Source: Chloroflexota bacterium
GTDB taxonomy: Bacteria > Chloroflexota > Anaerolineae > J102
DNA: 64,000 bases
Assembly: GCA_029782215.1 (NCBI GenBank)
Contig: JAKOVD010000022.1
Span: 5,165 to 69,164, forward strand
Direction of reading: 5' to 3'
Both the position numbers and the translations under genes were made by a program. The notes under the pieces are model-generated. The model saw only the letters and a program-made list of their open reading frames with translations. It was not told the origin of the DNA and searched no databases. Positions 1 through 8,523 of this stretch are shown piece by piece (the first letter of the stretch is position 1; each line of letters opens with the position of its first letter).

Positions 1-2
1 GG

Positions 3-188
3 GTTGCGGCCATCAGCCTGCACACTGCGGCTCAGGAGGCGCTTGCGCATGGGTATCCGCTGGGTGCACGGGTGGCGCAGGTGGGGTTGATCGATGTGCT
101 GTACACGTGCATGGCCCTCAAGCGCCATGCCGAGGTGGAACGCAGCCAGGAACGAATTGCTGCAGCTTTGCAGCGACGCCAGAGCTGA
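3..188 (+). CDS. 3' end of an RpiR/MurR-like (SIS domain) regulator gene, 5'-truncated by the window edge
   Basis: Frame 3 is open from the window edge to TGA 186-188. It reads ...GARVAQVGLIDVLYTCMALKRHAEVERSQERIAAALQRRQS, which resembles SIS-domain regulator C-termini. Only 61 aa are visible. Confidence 0.4.
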   Translation, partial: VAAISLHTAAQEALAHGYPLGARVAQVGLIDVLYTCMALKRHAEVERSQERIAAALQRRQS

Positions 189-229
189 ACCGGGATCGAA
201 GCACCGGCAGCCCATCGCGAGGATGAACC

Positions 230-700
230 ATGATCGGTCAATGGATGAAGCAACAGGTGATTTCCGTCCGCCCCACCACCACGGCGCCGGAAGCAGCACG
301 CCTGGTGGTAGACAAACACGTCGGCACCCTGCCGGTGGTCGATGAGCAGGGCACCCTGGTGGGGGTAGTGCGGGTGCGAGACCTGCTCGACGTGTTCATG
401 CCCGATTTCGTCCACCTGCTGGAGAACATCGACTTCGTGCACGACTTCGGCGCCATGGAGAACCGGACGCGACGTCCGCTGGCGGAAGCGGCAGGACTGA
501 CCATGGCCGACCTGATGCAGCCGCCGGTGGCGGTGGCGGAATCCAGCGGCCTGCTGCGCGCCCTGGCGACGATGAACAAACACGGCATCCGTGACCTGCC
601 CGTGGTCGACAAGGCCGGCGTTCTGGTGGGCATCGCCTCGCTCGTGGACATCGCCGCCGCCTTCCTGGCCAAGTGGCTGGACGAGGAGCCCATCCTGTGA
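230..700 (+). CDS. CBS domain pair protein
   Basis: 156-aa ORF with two CBS motifs (VGTLPVVDEQGTLVGVVRVRDLL and HGIRDLPVVDKAGVLVGIASLVDI). GAGGA lies upstream of the ATG. Its stop overlaps the next gene's GTG (GTGA). Confidence 0.85.
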   Translation: MIGQWMKQQVISVRPTTTAPEAARLVVDKHVGTLPVVDEQGTLVGVVRVRDLLDVFMPDFVHLLENIDFVHDFGAMENRTRRPLAEAAGLTMADLMQPPVAVAESSGLLRALATMNKHGIRDLPVVDKAGVLVGIASLVDIAAAFLAKWLDEEPIL

Positions 701-1992
701 TCGCCGGCCAGGTCGTCTCCGTCCTCATCTTCCTGGTGACGCTTTTCGCCATCCTCTCCGAACGCGTCCACCGCACCATCATCGCCATGGTGGGCGCGGC
801 CGTGATGCTGGTGGTCGGCATGCTGATGGGGTTCTACTCCCAGGCGCAGGCGCTGGCCGCCATCGACTTCAACACCCTCGGCCTCCTGTTGGGCATGATG
901 ATCCTGGTCCGGCTGCTGGAGCAGACCGGCTTTTTCGCCTACATTGCCATCCTCACCGGCAAGCGGTCGGGGGGCAGCCCGTGGCGGCTCCTGCTGATCC
1001 TGGGCGGGGCGACAGTCCTGCTGTCGATGGTTTTGGACAACGTCACCACGGTGGTCCTGATCGTGCCCATGGTCATCCTCATCGCCGAGATCCTGGGGCT
1101 GACGCCGCTGCCCCTGCTGATGGCGGTGGCGCTGCTCTCCAACATCGGCGGCGTGGCCACGCTGGTGGGTGATCCGCCGAACGTCCTCATCGGCTCGGCG
1201 GCGGGCCTGAGCTTCGCCTCGTTTTTGACGCACCTCGGTCCCATCATCATCGTGGCCCTGGTCGTGGCGCTGGCCATCCTGCGGCTGGTGTTCAGGCGGG
1301 AGCTGGCCGAGCGGCCGCGCCATCTGGCCGCGCTGGCCCACCTGGACGAGAAGGAAGCGCTCAGGGACCGGGACAACATGGTCAAGACGCTGGCAGTGCT
1401 GGTTGTGGTCGTCCTGGGCTTCTTTCTGCACGGCACCCTGCACCTGCAGCCGGCCACCATCGCCCTGGCGGGAGCGGCGGCAGCGCTGCTGTGGGTGCGG
1501 CCGGACGTCGACGACACCCTGCGTCACGTGGAATGGGGTGTGCTGCTGTTCTTTGCGGCGCTGTTCGTGATGACAGGCGGGCTGCAGGCTGCAGGTGTGC
1601 TGGCGCGGGTGGCGCAGGCGGTGGCAGGACTCGCGCAGGCCAATCCCCTGTGGGCGAGCCTGGTTCTCCTCTGGGCGGCCGCCCTGCTGTCGGCGCTGGT
1701 GGACAACATCCCCTTCACCATCGCCATGATCCCGGTGCTCCAGGGCCTGGGCGGCTTCGGCATTGCCGTCTGGCCCTTCTGGTGGGCGCTGGCGCTGGGC
1801 GCGGGCCTGGGCGGCAACGGCACGACGATCGGCGCCACCGCCAACGTCATCACTGTCAACCTGAGCGTCAAGACCCACCGGCCGATCACCACCGGCATCT
1901 GGCTGCGATCGGGGCTGCCGGTCATGCTGGCCACCTGCCTGGCAGCCAGCATCCTCTTTGCCCTGCTCTTCGGTTGGATGAGCACGCCATGA
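697..1992 (+). CDS. ArsB/NhaD (CitMHS/SLC13-like) family permease
   Basis: Polytopic membrane ORF. ILSERVHRTIIAMVGA, NVTTVVLIVP, GGVATLVGDPPNVLI and GGNGTTIGATANV are typical of ArsB/NhaD-type anion permeases. I chose the GTG at 697 (GTGA overlap with the CBS gene); the track ORF starts at 673. Confidence 0.8.
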   Translation: MIAGQVVSVLIFLVTLFAILSERVHRTIIAMVGAAVMLVVGMLMGFYSQAQALAAIDFNTLGLLLGMMILVRLLEQTGFFAYIAILTGKRSGGSPWRLLLILGGATVLLSMVLDNVTTVVLIVPMVILIAEILGLTPLPLLMAVALLSNIGGVATLVGDPPNVLIGSAAGLSFASFLTHLGPIIIVALVVALAILRLVFRRELAERPRHLAALAHLDEKEALRDRDNMVKTLAVLVVVVLGFFLHGTLHLQPATIALAGAAAALLWVRPDVDDTLRHVEWGVLLFFAALFVMTGGLQAAGVLARVAQAVAGLAQANPLWASLVLLWAAALLSALVDNIPFTIAMIPVLQGLGGFGIAVWPFWWALALGAGLGGNGTTIGATANVITVNLSVKTHRPITTGIWLRSGLPVMLATCLAASILFALLFGWMSTP

Positions 1993-3995
1993 ACGTGAAT
2001 GACCTGAGCGCTCAAGTCAGGCGCCGGCTCTCGCGCCTGCAGCCCTCCGGCGCCATCGTCCTGGGCGCGGTGGCGGTGATCACCGGCATGGCGACCGGGG
2101 CCGGGGTGTGGCTGTTCAAGCAGATGATCCTATGGGCCAGTGCCCTGTTCTTTGGCCGGCTCGGCGGCGCCCTGGCGCCACTGGGGGGATGGACGGTCGC
2201 CCTACTGCCCGCCTTGGGCGGTCTGGTCGTCGGGCTCCTGTGGCACCGCTTCGTGGGCGAAGAACGCTACCACGGCGTGGCCGGGATCATGGAGACGGTG
2301 GCGCTGATGGGCGGCCGGCTGGAGTACCACTTGGCCCCGGTCAAGACCGTCGCTGCCGCTCTCTCCATCGGCTCTGGCGCCTCCGTGGGTCCCGAAGACC
2401 CCTCGGTGCAGATCGGCGCCAACCTGGGCTCCTTTGCCGGCCAGAAACTGCGCTTCTCCGATGACTGGACCCGAGCGCTGGTGGCGTCGGGGGTGGCCGC
2501 CGGCATCGCTGCCGCCTTCAACGCCCCGATCGCCGGCGTCTTCTTCGCCCTGGAGATCGTGCTGGGCGAGATCAGCGGCGGCGCCCTGGGGGCCATCGTC
2601 CTGGCGGCGGTGGCGGCAGCCGTATTCACGCAGCGCGTCGCCGGGCCGGAACCCGCCTTCCACGTGCCCGCCTACGCCTTCCAGTCCGTGGCCGAGCTGC
2701 CGCTGTACATCCTGTTGGGGCTGCTGGCGGGTGGGGTGGCCACCCTGTACGTCAGCGCCCTCGATACGGCCAAGAGCTCTTTCCGGCGCTGGCAGGTCCC
2801 AAGCTGGCTGAAACCGGCCGCCGCCGGCCTGGCAGTGGGCATCGTCGGCATCTGGCTGCCGCAGATCTTCGGCGTCGGCTATGCCACCATCGACCAGATC
2901 TTCAACGGCGCGGAGATGGCAGTGCCGCTGCTGCTGGCGCTCCTGGCCGCCAAGCTGGTCATGACGGCAGTCAGCATTGGCGGCGGGTTCCCTGGGGGCG
3001 TCTTTGCGCCTTCCCTCTTCCTCGGCGCCACCCTGGGCGCTGCCTTCGGCGAGATCGCCAAGCTCCTATTTCCCACCCTGGCGATCGCCCCGCCCGCCTA
3101 TGCGATGGTGGGCATGGCGGCGGTGCTGGCGGCCTCGGTGCACGCGCCCCTGACCGCCATCCTGCTGCTGTTCGAGATGACCCAGGACTACCGCATCATC
3201 CTGCCCCTGATGTTTGCGGTGGTCGTCGGCCTGCTCCTGGAACAGCGGCTGCGCCGGGACTCGGTGTACACGCTGGCGCTCTCGCGCAAAGGCCTGCGGC
3301 TGCAGCGCGGCCGCGACATCGAGGTCCTGGAGGGCATCACGGTGGGCGAGGTGATGGAGACCGGGATGGCGACCCTGGCCGAAGGCGACACGCTGGCGGC
3401 GGCCACCGATATCCTGACCCAGACCCGCCATCACGGGCTGCCGGTGCTCAGCGCTGGCGGCGACCTGGCGGGCATTCTCACCGTCCAGGACCTGGAGATG
3501 TCGCCGGTGCGGCGTCCCCAGGCGACCACGGTGGGTGAGGTTTGCTCCCGCGACCTGCTGGTGGCCTATCCCGACGAAAGTATCGGCACGGCGCTGCGGC
3601 GGATGAGCGTGCGCGACGTCGGGCGGCTGCCGGTGGTGGCGCCCGACAACCCGCGGCGCCTGCTCGGCGTTCTGCGCCGCGTCGACCTGGTGCGGGCCTA
3701 TGACCTGGCCCTGACACGGCGGGCGCAGAACCGCCACCAGATCCAGACGGCCCGGCTCGACGTCTCCACAGGCGAGCTGAGCGTGGTTGAGATCAGGATC
3801 GAAAAGGGCGCCGTCTGTGACGGTGCGCTTGTGAGCAAGGTCGCATGGCCGCGTGACTCGGTCATCGCCAGCGTGCGCCGGCGGAACAAGCTACTCATCC
3901 CCCACGGCGACACCCGCCTGCGGGCCGGCGACGCCCTGGTCGTCGTGGCCGAAGGGGAGGCGCTGGCGGCGGTGCGGCGCCTGTGCGAGAGATAG
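1989..3995 (+). CDS. ClC-type chloride channel/antiporter with C-terminal CBS pair and TrkA_C (RCK_C) domain
   Basis: ClC motifs GSGASVGPEDP, NAPIAGVFFALE and GGFPGGVFAPSLFLG, followed by two CBS repeats and a TrkA_C-like tail (VVEIRIEKGAVCDG...LRAGDALVVVAEG). The ATG at 1989 overlaps the upstream stop (ATGA). The track ORF's extra N-terminus (1491-1988) overlaps the ArsB-like gene in another frame. Confidence 0.9.
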   Translation: MNVNDLSAQVRRRLSRLQPSGAIVLGAVAVITGMATGAGVWLFKQMILWASALFFGRLGGALAPLGGWTVALLPALGGLVVGLLWHRFVGEERYHGVAGIMETVALMGGRLEYHLAPVKTVAAALSIGSGASVGPEDPSVQIGANLGSFAGQKLRFSDDWTRALVASGVAAGIAAAFNAPIAGVFFALEIVLGEISGGALGAIVLAAVAAAVFTQRVAGPEPAFHVPAYAFQSVAELPLYILLGLLAGGVATLYVSALDTAKSSFRRWQVPSWLKPAAAGLAVGIVGIWLPQIFGVGYATIDQIFNGAEMAVPLLLALLAAKLVMTAVSIGGGFPGGVFAPSLFLGATLGAAFGEIAKLLFPTLAIAPPAYAMVGMAAVLAASVHAPLTAILLLFEMTQDYRIILPLMFAVVVGLLLEQRLRRDSVYTLALSRKGLRLQRGRDIEVLEGITVGEVMETGMATLAEGDTLAAATDILTQTRHHGLPVLSAGGDLAGILTVQDLEMSPVRRPQATTVGEVCSRDLLVAYPDESIGTALRRMSVRDVGRLPVVAPDNPRRLLGVLRRVDLVRAYDLALTRRAQNRHQIQTARLDVSTGELSVVEIRIEKGAVCDGALVSKVAWPRDSVIASVRRRNKLLIPHGDTRLRAGDALVVVAEGEALAAVRRLCER

Positions 3996-3997
3996 CG

Positions 3998-4018
3998 CTC
4001 AGGTGCGGCGCACCTGAG
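3998..4018. terminator. Hairpin between convergent ClC and mazF genes
   Basis: ctcaggtgc-ggc-gcacctgag: perfect 9-bp stem with a 3-nt loop, exactly filling the gap between the two stop codons. There is no U-run. Confidence 0.35.
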
Positions 4019-4363
4019 TCACAGTCCCAGCACCCTTCGCAATCCCGCTTCGACCTTCACCAGCTCCTGCCTGGCGATCTCGCCCGCTTTTTCGGTCAGG
4101 AACTCCTTATCCACCGTGATCAGTTGCGTGACGTTGGCGACAGAATCACGCGGCAGACCTGTGAGCGCAGCCGGAAGCAGCACGCTGCCGGGAGCTTCGG
4201 CCAGACGAAGGTTCGTCGTTAGCACTACGGCAACGACGGTGCCCAGGCGGCTCCGGTTGTAGGCATCAGTCTGGATGATGAGAACGGGGCGACGATAGCC
4301 CGGCATGGAGCCCGCCGGGTCTGGCAGCGTCGCCCACCAGATACTGCCGCGCTCGATCACCAC
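4019..4363 (-). CDS. mazF: Type II toxin, MazF/PemK family mRNA interferase
   Basis: 114 aa. RGSIWWATLPDPAGSMPGYRRPVLIIQTD...VVAVVLTTNL...LPRDSVANVTQLITVDK is the classic PemK/MazF pattern. It overlaps the upstream antitoxin gene by 7 nt. Confidence 0.9.
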   Translation of the reverse strand: MVIERGSIWWATLPDPAGSMPGYRRPVLIIQTDAYNRSRLGTVVAVVLTTNLRLAEAPGSVLLPAALTGLPRDSVANVTQLITVDKEFLTEKAGEIARQELVKVEAGLRRVLGL

Positions 4364-4593
4364 GTTTCCTGGGGAAGCGACAGGCCCTGAAGCTGCATCA
4401 ATACGTCATCGAGGCCCGGTGATGCCTCAGCGTAGATGGCATCCAGCCTCGCCGTGATCTCCTCATCGCTCTGTTCGGCCACATACTCGCTGAGAGCACG
4501 CGCATAGAGCTCACTGCGCGAAATACCCAGGCGGTGAGCAAGCTCTTCCGCAGCCTCAAAGAGGGCATTGGGGAGGGAAATCGCTGTCTTCAT
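4357..4593 (-). CDS. Type II antitoxin, ribbon-helix-helix (CopG/MazE-like)
   Basis: 78 aa, MKTAISLPNALFEAAEELAHRLGISRSELYARALSEYV..., an RHH beta-strand plus two helices, located immediately 5' of mazF. The track ORF's long N-terminal extension to 5382 runs antisense to the ABC ATPase gene and is rejected. Confidence 0.8.
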   Translation of the reverse strand: MKTAISLPNALFEAAEELAHRLGISRSELYARALSEYVAEQSDEEITARLDAIYAEASPGLDDVLMQLQGLSLPQETW

Positions 4594-4600
4594 ACCGTCG

Positions 4601-4619
4601 AGTATAACGCTTGTTATAC
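4601..4619 (-). promoter_or_regulatory. Candidate mazE promoter -10 (TATACT) overlapping a 7-4-7 palindrome (candidate TA operator)
   Basis: The plus strand reads GTATAAC-gctt-GTTATAC at 4602-4619. On the minus strand, TATACT (4601-4606) lies 7 nt before the mazE ATG (4591-4593). Confidence 0.45.
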
Positions 4620-4761
4620 CGGCCGTCAATGGTGCCAGGTGCGTCGCATCTGGTCTATTGTCGCCGAGCATACCATCTGCACGATCGAGGGATGCTATCA
4701 TCAGGATGCTGGCCTGCGTTCCGGCGCCTTGCCCGGGACCCTGACTCCAGGAGAGAGCCCC

Positions 4762-5685
4762 ATGACTCCGGCGATCGAAACGGAGAACCTTGGCAAGCGC
4801 TACGGACGCGTACAAGCAGTCGAACAGCTCAATCTCCGGGTCGACGAGGGCGAGATCTACGCCTTTCTCGGCCTGAATGGCGCCGGCAAGACAACGACGA
4901 TCCGCATGCTGCTTGGTTTGGTCAAGCCGGCAAGCGGCGGCGCCTGGGTGCTCGGCGCCAGGGTCCGCCAGGGCAGCACAGAGCCGTGGGCTGCGGTCGG
5001 CTATCTTGTCGAGATACCACGCGGCTACCCGGAGCTGACGGTGCGCGAGAGCCTGGAGGTGGCGCGGCGTCTGCATCCAGGGACACCGCGCCAGGCCGTC
5101 AGCTTGTGGATCGAACGCCTGGGCCTGGCGCCTTACGCCGATCGCCGCACCGGCGCCCTGTCCCAGGGCAACGCGCAGCGACTGGGCTTGGCCAAGGCGC
5201 TCTTGCACGAACCCAGGCTGCTCCTGCTCGACGAACCCGCCAATGGCCTCGACCCCGCCGGGATCGTCGAGATACGTTCCCTGCTGCTGGAGCTGACCCG
5301 CACAAAGGGCGTCACGGTTTTTATGTCGAGCCATATCCTGGCCGAAGTTGCGCGCTTGGCCCAGCGCATTGGAATCATCCATGAAGGCCGCATGCTGCAG
5401 GAACTGGACGCGGACGAGCTGGAACGCAACCGCAGGCGGCGTCTGCTGGTGCGGGCGCGGGACACCGAAGCAGCGCTCGCCGTGTTGGCGGCGGCGGGAT
5501 ACGCCGCTGACTGGCTGCCGGACGGGACGCTGGCACTGTCCCAGCCGTCTGTGCTCGCCGCGCCCGAGACGATTGCCAGCATGCTGGTAGGGTCTGGGGT
5601 GGCTCTGACCCAGCTCGTGGTCGAGGAGGAAGAGCTGGAGCAGTACTTCCTCAGGCTGGTCGCCCCCACAGGCGGTGTCGCATGA
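4762..5685 (+). CDS. ABC transporter ATP-binding protein (ABC-2 exporter type)
   Basis: Walker A GLNGAGKTTT, signature LSQGNAQRL, Walker B LLLLDEPANGLD, H-loop SSHIL. AGGAGAGAG RBS precedes the ATG at 4762. Confidence 0.9.
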   Translation: MTPAIETENLGKRYGRVQAVEQLNLRVDEGEIYAFLGLNGAGKTTTIRMLLGLVKPASGGAWVLGARVRQGSTEPWAAVGYLVEIPRGYPELTVRESLEVARRLHPGTPRQAVSLWIERLGLAPYADRRTGALSQGNAQRLGLAKALLHEPRLLLLDEPANGLDPAGIVEIRSLLLELTRTKGVTVFMSSHILAEVARLAQRIGIIHEGRMLQELDADELERNRRRRLLVRARDTEAALAVLAAAGYAADWLPDGTLALSQPSVLAAPETIASMLVGSGVALTQLVVEEEELEQYFLRLVAPTGGVA

Positions 5686-6458
5686 CCTCTCTCGCGGACA
5701 TGATTTGGATCGAGCTGCAGAAGGCCTGGCGCTCGCGTGTGCCCCTGTTCACAGGCATCGGCTCGCTTGCCATGCCCCTGGGCATCGGCTTCCTGATCTT
5801 CGTTGCCAGGAACCCCGGCGTCTCACAGAAGCTGGGCCTGGTGAACGCCAAGGCCAACCTGATCGCCTATGCGACGACGGACTGGCAGACCTACCTTGGA
5901 CTGATGGGACAGATGCTGGCGGCCGGGGGATTTCTCCTCTTCTGCCTCATTGTGAGCTGGGTGTTTGGCCGCGAGTTCGTGGACGGCACGGTAAAAGACC
6001 TGTTGGCCGTGCCGGTGCCCCGCGCAAGCATCCTCCTGGGCAAGTTCATCGTCGCTGCCGCCTGGTCGGCGGCAGCGGCGGCGCTGATTTTCGTGACCGG
6101 TCTGGTCCTTGGCGTCCTGATCGGGCTGCCGCAGGGCTCGCCGGCGCTGCTCCTGCAGGGCACGATGGCGGCGGCGGTGACCACCTGCCTGTTGATCCTG
6201 GTAGTCATGCCCATTGCGTTTTTCGCCAGCGCTGGCCGGGGCTATCTGCTGCCTATCGGAATGGGCATTCTGGCCCTGATCATGGCCAACGTGGTCGTCC
6301 TGGTAGGATGGGGCGAGTACTTCCCCTTTGCCCTGCCGGGGCTGTACGCGCAGGGCGAGAACTACCTGGGCCCGCTCAGCTACGCCATCGCCGTCCTCAC
6401 CGCCGCAGCGGGCATCCTTGGCACCTATGTCTGGTGGCGCTACGCCGATCAGCGGTGA
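5682..6458 (+). CDS. ABC-2 family transporter permease
   Basis: 258-aa, 6-TM protein whose start overlaps the ATPase stop (ATGA). It has the ABC-2 type layout, with a large loop after TM1. Confidence 0.75.
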   Translation: MTSLADMIWIELQKAWRSRVPLFTGIGSLAMPLGIGFLIFVARNPGVSQKLGLVNAKANLIAYATTDWQTYLGLMGQMLAAGGFLLFCLIVSWVFGREFVDGTVKDLLAVPVPRASILLGKFIVAAAWSAAAAALIFVTGLVLGVLIGLPQGSPALLLQGTMAAAVTTCLLILVVMPIAFFASAGRGYLLPIGMGILALIMANVVVLVGWGEYFPFALPGLYAQGENYLGPLSYAIAVLTAAAGILGTYVWWRYADQR

Positions 6459-6506
6459 GTCGGGGTGCGTCGCGCCTACCTTTACCCTCATGTTACCACA
6501 AAGAAA

Positions 6507-6540
6507 GTGCGCCGCACCTTGAAGGTGCGGCGCACTTTGG
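6507..6540. terminator. Bidirectional rho-independent-type terminator
   Basis: gtgcgccgcacc-ttgaa-ggtgcggcgcac: perfect 12-bp GC-rich stem, flanked by aagaaa on one side and tttgg on the other. It lies between convergent genes ending at 6458 (+) and 6557 (-). Confidence 0.7.
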
Positions 6541-6556
6541 CTCATAGCACTTTGGC

Positions 6557-6979
6557 TCAGCTCACGGGTACGGGTGATACGACACTGGCGCAGCACGGGG
6601 CGTCGCTGAAATAGGCAGGAGCCGTCTCCTGGAACAGAATGACGAAGCTGTAGATGCTGATGGCCGTGCCCACAGGGAAGTTGACCAAGTCCAGGAAGGC
6701 GACGGCCAGCGCCAGGATACGCCCCCAGGACTGCCGCCGGAGCAGGCCGATCCCGGCGGCGATGCCGGGAAGGGACAGCACGATCAGGAAGCCGCCGCCG
6801 ATGAGCCCGGTCAGGGCGAGGATGCCCAGCGCTGTCAGATCCCCGGTCAGCAGTCCCAGGCCAGAGAGAAAGACAACGGTTCCCGTTCCCACCAGCAGCA
6901 GGATGCTGCCGGTGAGGATGCGGAGCCAGGCGATGATGGTAACATGTTGCGCCAGCTGGCGCTCGTTGAGCGAACTCAT
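6557..6979 (-). CDS. Hypothetical 4-TM membrane protein
   Basis: Hydrophobic ORF (WLRILTGSILLLVGTG..., LIGGGFLIVLSLPGIAAGIGLL..., ILALAVAFLDLVNFPVGTAI...). The ATG at 6979 has GAGG 6 nt upstream; the track start (TTG 6997) is also possible. Confidence 0.6.
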   Translation of the reverse strand: MSSLNERQLAQHVTIIAWLRILTGSILLLVGTGTVVFLSGLGLLTGDLTALGILALTGLIGGGFLIVLSLPGIAAGIGLLRRQSWGRILALAVAFLDLVNFPVGTAISIYSFVILFQETAPAYFSDAPCCASVVSPVPVS

Positions 6980-7006
6980 GGTGACCTCGTCAGACAAATC
7001 TTGGGT

Positions 7007-7249
7007 TCAGAAGGGTTGGATGCTGCGAACCGCTGCGGGGCGGGGCTCGTAGCGCTGGAGACGCTGGCCAGCGCGGACGAGAATGCGACCCAAGCCGCAC
7101 AGGCTCGTGCAGACCTGGCGCCTCAGCCAGCCCTGGCGCTCCTCGCTGGGGCATGCCCGCAAGAGACGCAGCGCTTCGGCTTCCTTCAGGTAGCTCTCGG
7201 CCTTGAGGTTGGCCAGACGATGGGTGGTTTCGAGGCTGGTGGGATACAT
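7007..7249 (-). CDS. Hypothetical small protein (80 aa)
   Basis: Packed between the receiver gene (ends 7265) and the membrane protein gene. GGAGG lies 8 nt before the ATG at 7249. I recognise no family. Confidence 0.4.
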   Translation of the reverse strand: MYPTSLETTHRLANLKAESYLKEAEALRLLRACPSEERQGWLRRQVCTSLCGLGRILVRAGQRLQRYEPRPAAVRSIQPF

Positions 7250-7264
7250 CGGATGGACCTCCAA

Positions 7265-7729
7265 TCAGGAAAACAGTGCCCCGGTGGCAGGGCGTGGCTG
7301 GCAAGAAGGGGATAGATGGGAAGTTTGGCCAGGGCTGTTCGCTGGGGCGCCTGCGCCTGCGAGCCCGGCAGTGAGATCATCCTGGCGTTTGCGGAGCAGG
7401 ACCAGCAGGTGGTCGGGAGGCACGCCCTTGCTTACAAAGGCATCGACGCCAGCGTCAAGCGCCTCCATTTCGACCTCCGGCAGCCCGCTGAGGGCAATGA
7501 GCCAGGAGTGCGGGCAGAAAGCCCGCAGTTGGGCAATCGTGGCGACGTGGTCAAGGCCCGGCAGCTCCCAATCAAGCAGGACGACATCGGGGCAGATGGC
7601 TGTGGCCAGCGCCAGCATCTCGGCGGCGTTGGCCGCTTCGCCGAGCACCCGGAAGCCGGTCTGCCGTTCCAGGAGCACGCGGAGGGCGAATCGCACCTTG
7701 GGTTGGTCGTCTGCCAGCAGGAAGAGCAT
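7265..7729 (-). CDS. Single-domain response regulator (receiver only) with a low-complexity tail
   Basis: Acidic pocket LLADDQ, phospho-acceptor VVLLDWELPG, LIALSG, and conserved Lys in FVSKG. No output domain. Confidence 0.8.
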   Translation of the reverse strand: MLFLLADDQPKVRFALRVLLERQTGFRVLGEAANAAEMLALATAICPDVVLLDWELPGLDHVATIAQLRAFCPHSWLIALSGLPEVEMEALDAGVDAFVSKGVPPDHLLVLLRKRQDDLTAGLAGAGAPANSPGQTSHLSPSCQPRPATGALFS

Positions 7730-7875
7730 GGTTCACATCCTTGATCGCCGGGGAAGTAACCTTCCCTCTCATCTACCATTCTAGAAAACAAAGCCCCCAG
7801 GCACATCGTGTACCTGGGGGATAGAGGTATTAGCCAGGTGGCTAATACGCGGCTATCTGAGGACAAAAAGACCCT

Positions 7876-8523
7876 TCAAGTCACCGGCACAAGTTTGTGG
7901 CGCAGGGCGATGCTGATGGCCTCAGCGCGGTTGGCCGCACCCAGCTTCGAGAGCACATGGCTGACATGCGCCTTGACCGTCGCCCGGGTGATGACCAGGC
8001 GATCGGCGATCTGCGGGTTGCTCAGCCCTTCCACCATGAGGGCAAGCACCTCCCGCTCGCGTGGGGTGAGATCGGAACCCAGCGCCGGCTCTGTGACCTG
8101 GGCTTGCACCAGGACGCGCAGGGCCTCGGGGGCCAATGTCGCCTGACCGGCGTGAGCGGCGCGGATGGCGGCAGCCAGGTCGTCTACCGATACGTTCTTG
8201 AGCAGGTAGCTGATGGCGCCGGCTTGCAGCGCCTCCCACACCAGGTCTGGGTCCTCGAAGCTGGTCAAGGCGACCACCTGGACGGAAGGCTGGCGCTGCC
8301 TGATGATGCGCGTGGCTTCAGCCCCGCTCATGCGCGGCATCACCAGGTCCATCAGGATCACATCGGGGTGAAGCAGCTCCGACTGGACAACGGCCTCGGC
8401 GCCGTCGCGCGCTTCGCCGGCCAGCTCCAGGTCGGGTTTGACGTGCAGAAAGGCGGCCAGGCCGCGACGCACCATGTCGTGTTCGTCGACGATCAGCACG
8501 CGGATGCGGTCATTGCTCGTCAT
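7876..8523 (-). CDS. NarL/FixJ-family response regulator (REC + LuxR-type HTH)
   Basis: RVLIVDEHDMVRRGL, VILMDLVMPRMSG, ALTSF, then the LuxR HTH LTPREREVLALMVEGLSNPQIADRLVITRATVKAHVSHVLSKLG. Start at MTSNDR; it overlaps the kinase gene's stop by 14 nt. Confidence 0.9.
   Translation of the reverse strand: MTSNDRIRVLIVDEHDMVRRGLAAFLHVKPDLELAGEARDGAEAVVQSELLHPDVILMDLVMPRMSGAEATRIIRQRQPSVQVVALTSFEDPDLVWEALQAGAISYLLKNVSVDDLAAAIRAAHAGQATLAPEALRVLVQAQVTEPALGSDLTPREREVLALMVEGLSNPQIADRLVITRATVKAHVSHVLSKLGAANRAEAISIALRHKLVPVT

Noticed and set aside
238-1878. Very long ORFs antisense to, or out of frame with, confident genes. Examples: 238-1878(-), 9854-11479(+), 13240-14811(-), 13803-15398(+), 20749-22083(+), 22885-24129(-), 24301-25506(-), 31199-32419(+), 37116-38357(-), 44739-46013(-), 46724-47815(+), 55731-57230(+).
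   Set aside because: Long stop-free alternative frames are expected at this GC content. Their translations are Arg/Gly/Pro/His-rich low-complexity strings without recognisable motifs, and each lies entirely over a gene with strong family signatures in another frame.
1491-1988. N-terminal extension of the ClC ORF (track start 1491). Similar extensions exist for the NarL regulator (8524-8937), the pyrD-like gene (59441-59668) and others.
   Set aside because: The extensions overlap the preceding gene in another frame and are Arg/Gly/Ala-rich. Internal Met starts give ATGA/GTGA coupling or good RBSs, and N-termini typical of the family.
4594-5382. 263-codon N-terminal extension of the antitoxin ORF (track ORF 4357-5382, minus strand).
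   Set aside because: The extension is antisense to the ABC ATPase gene and compositionally non-protein-like. The RHH antitoxin begins at the internal Met (4593), with promoter and operator signals just upstream.
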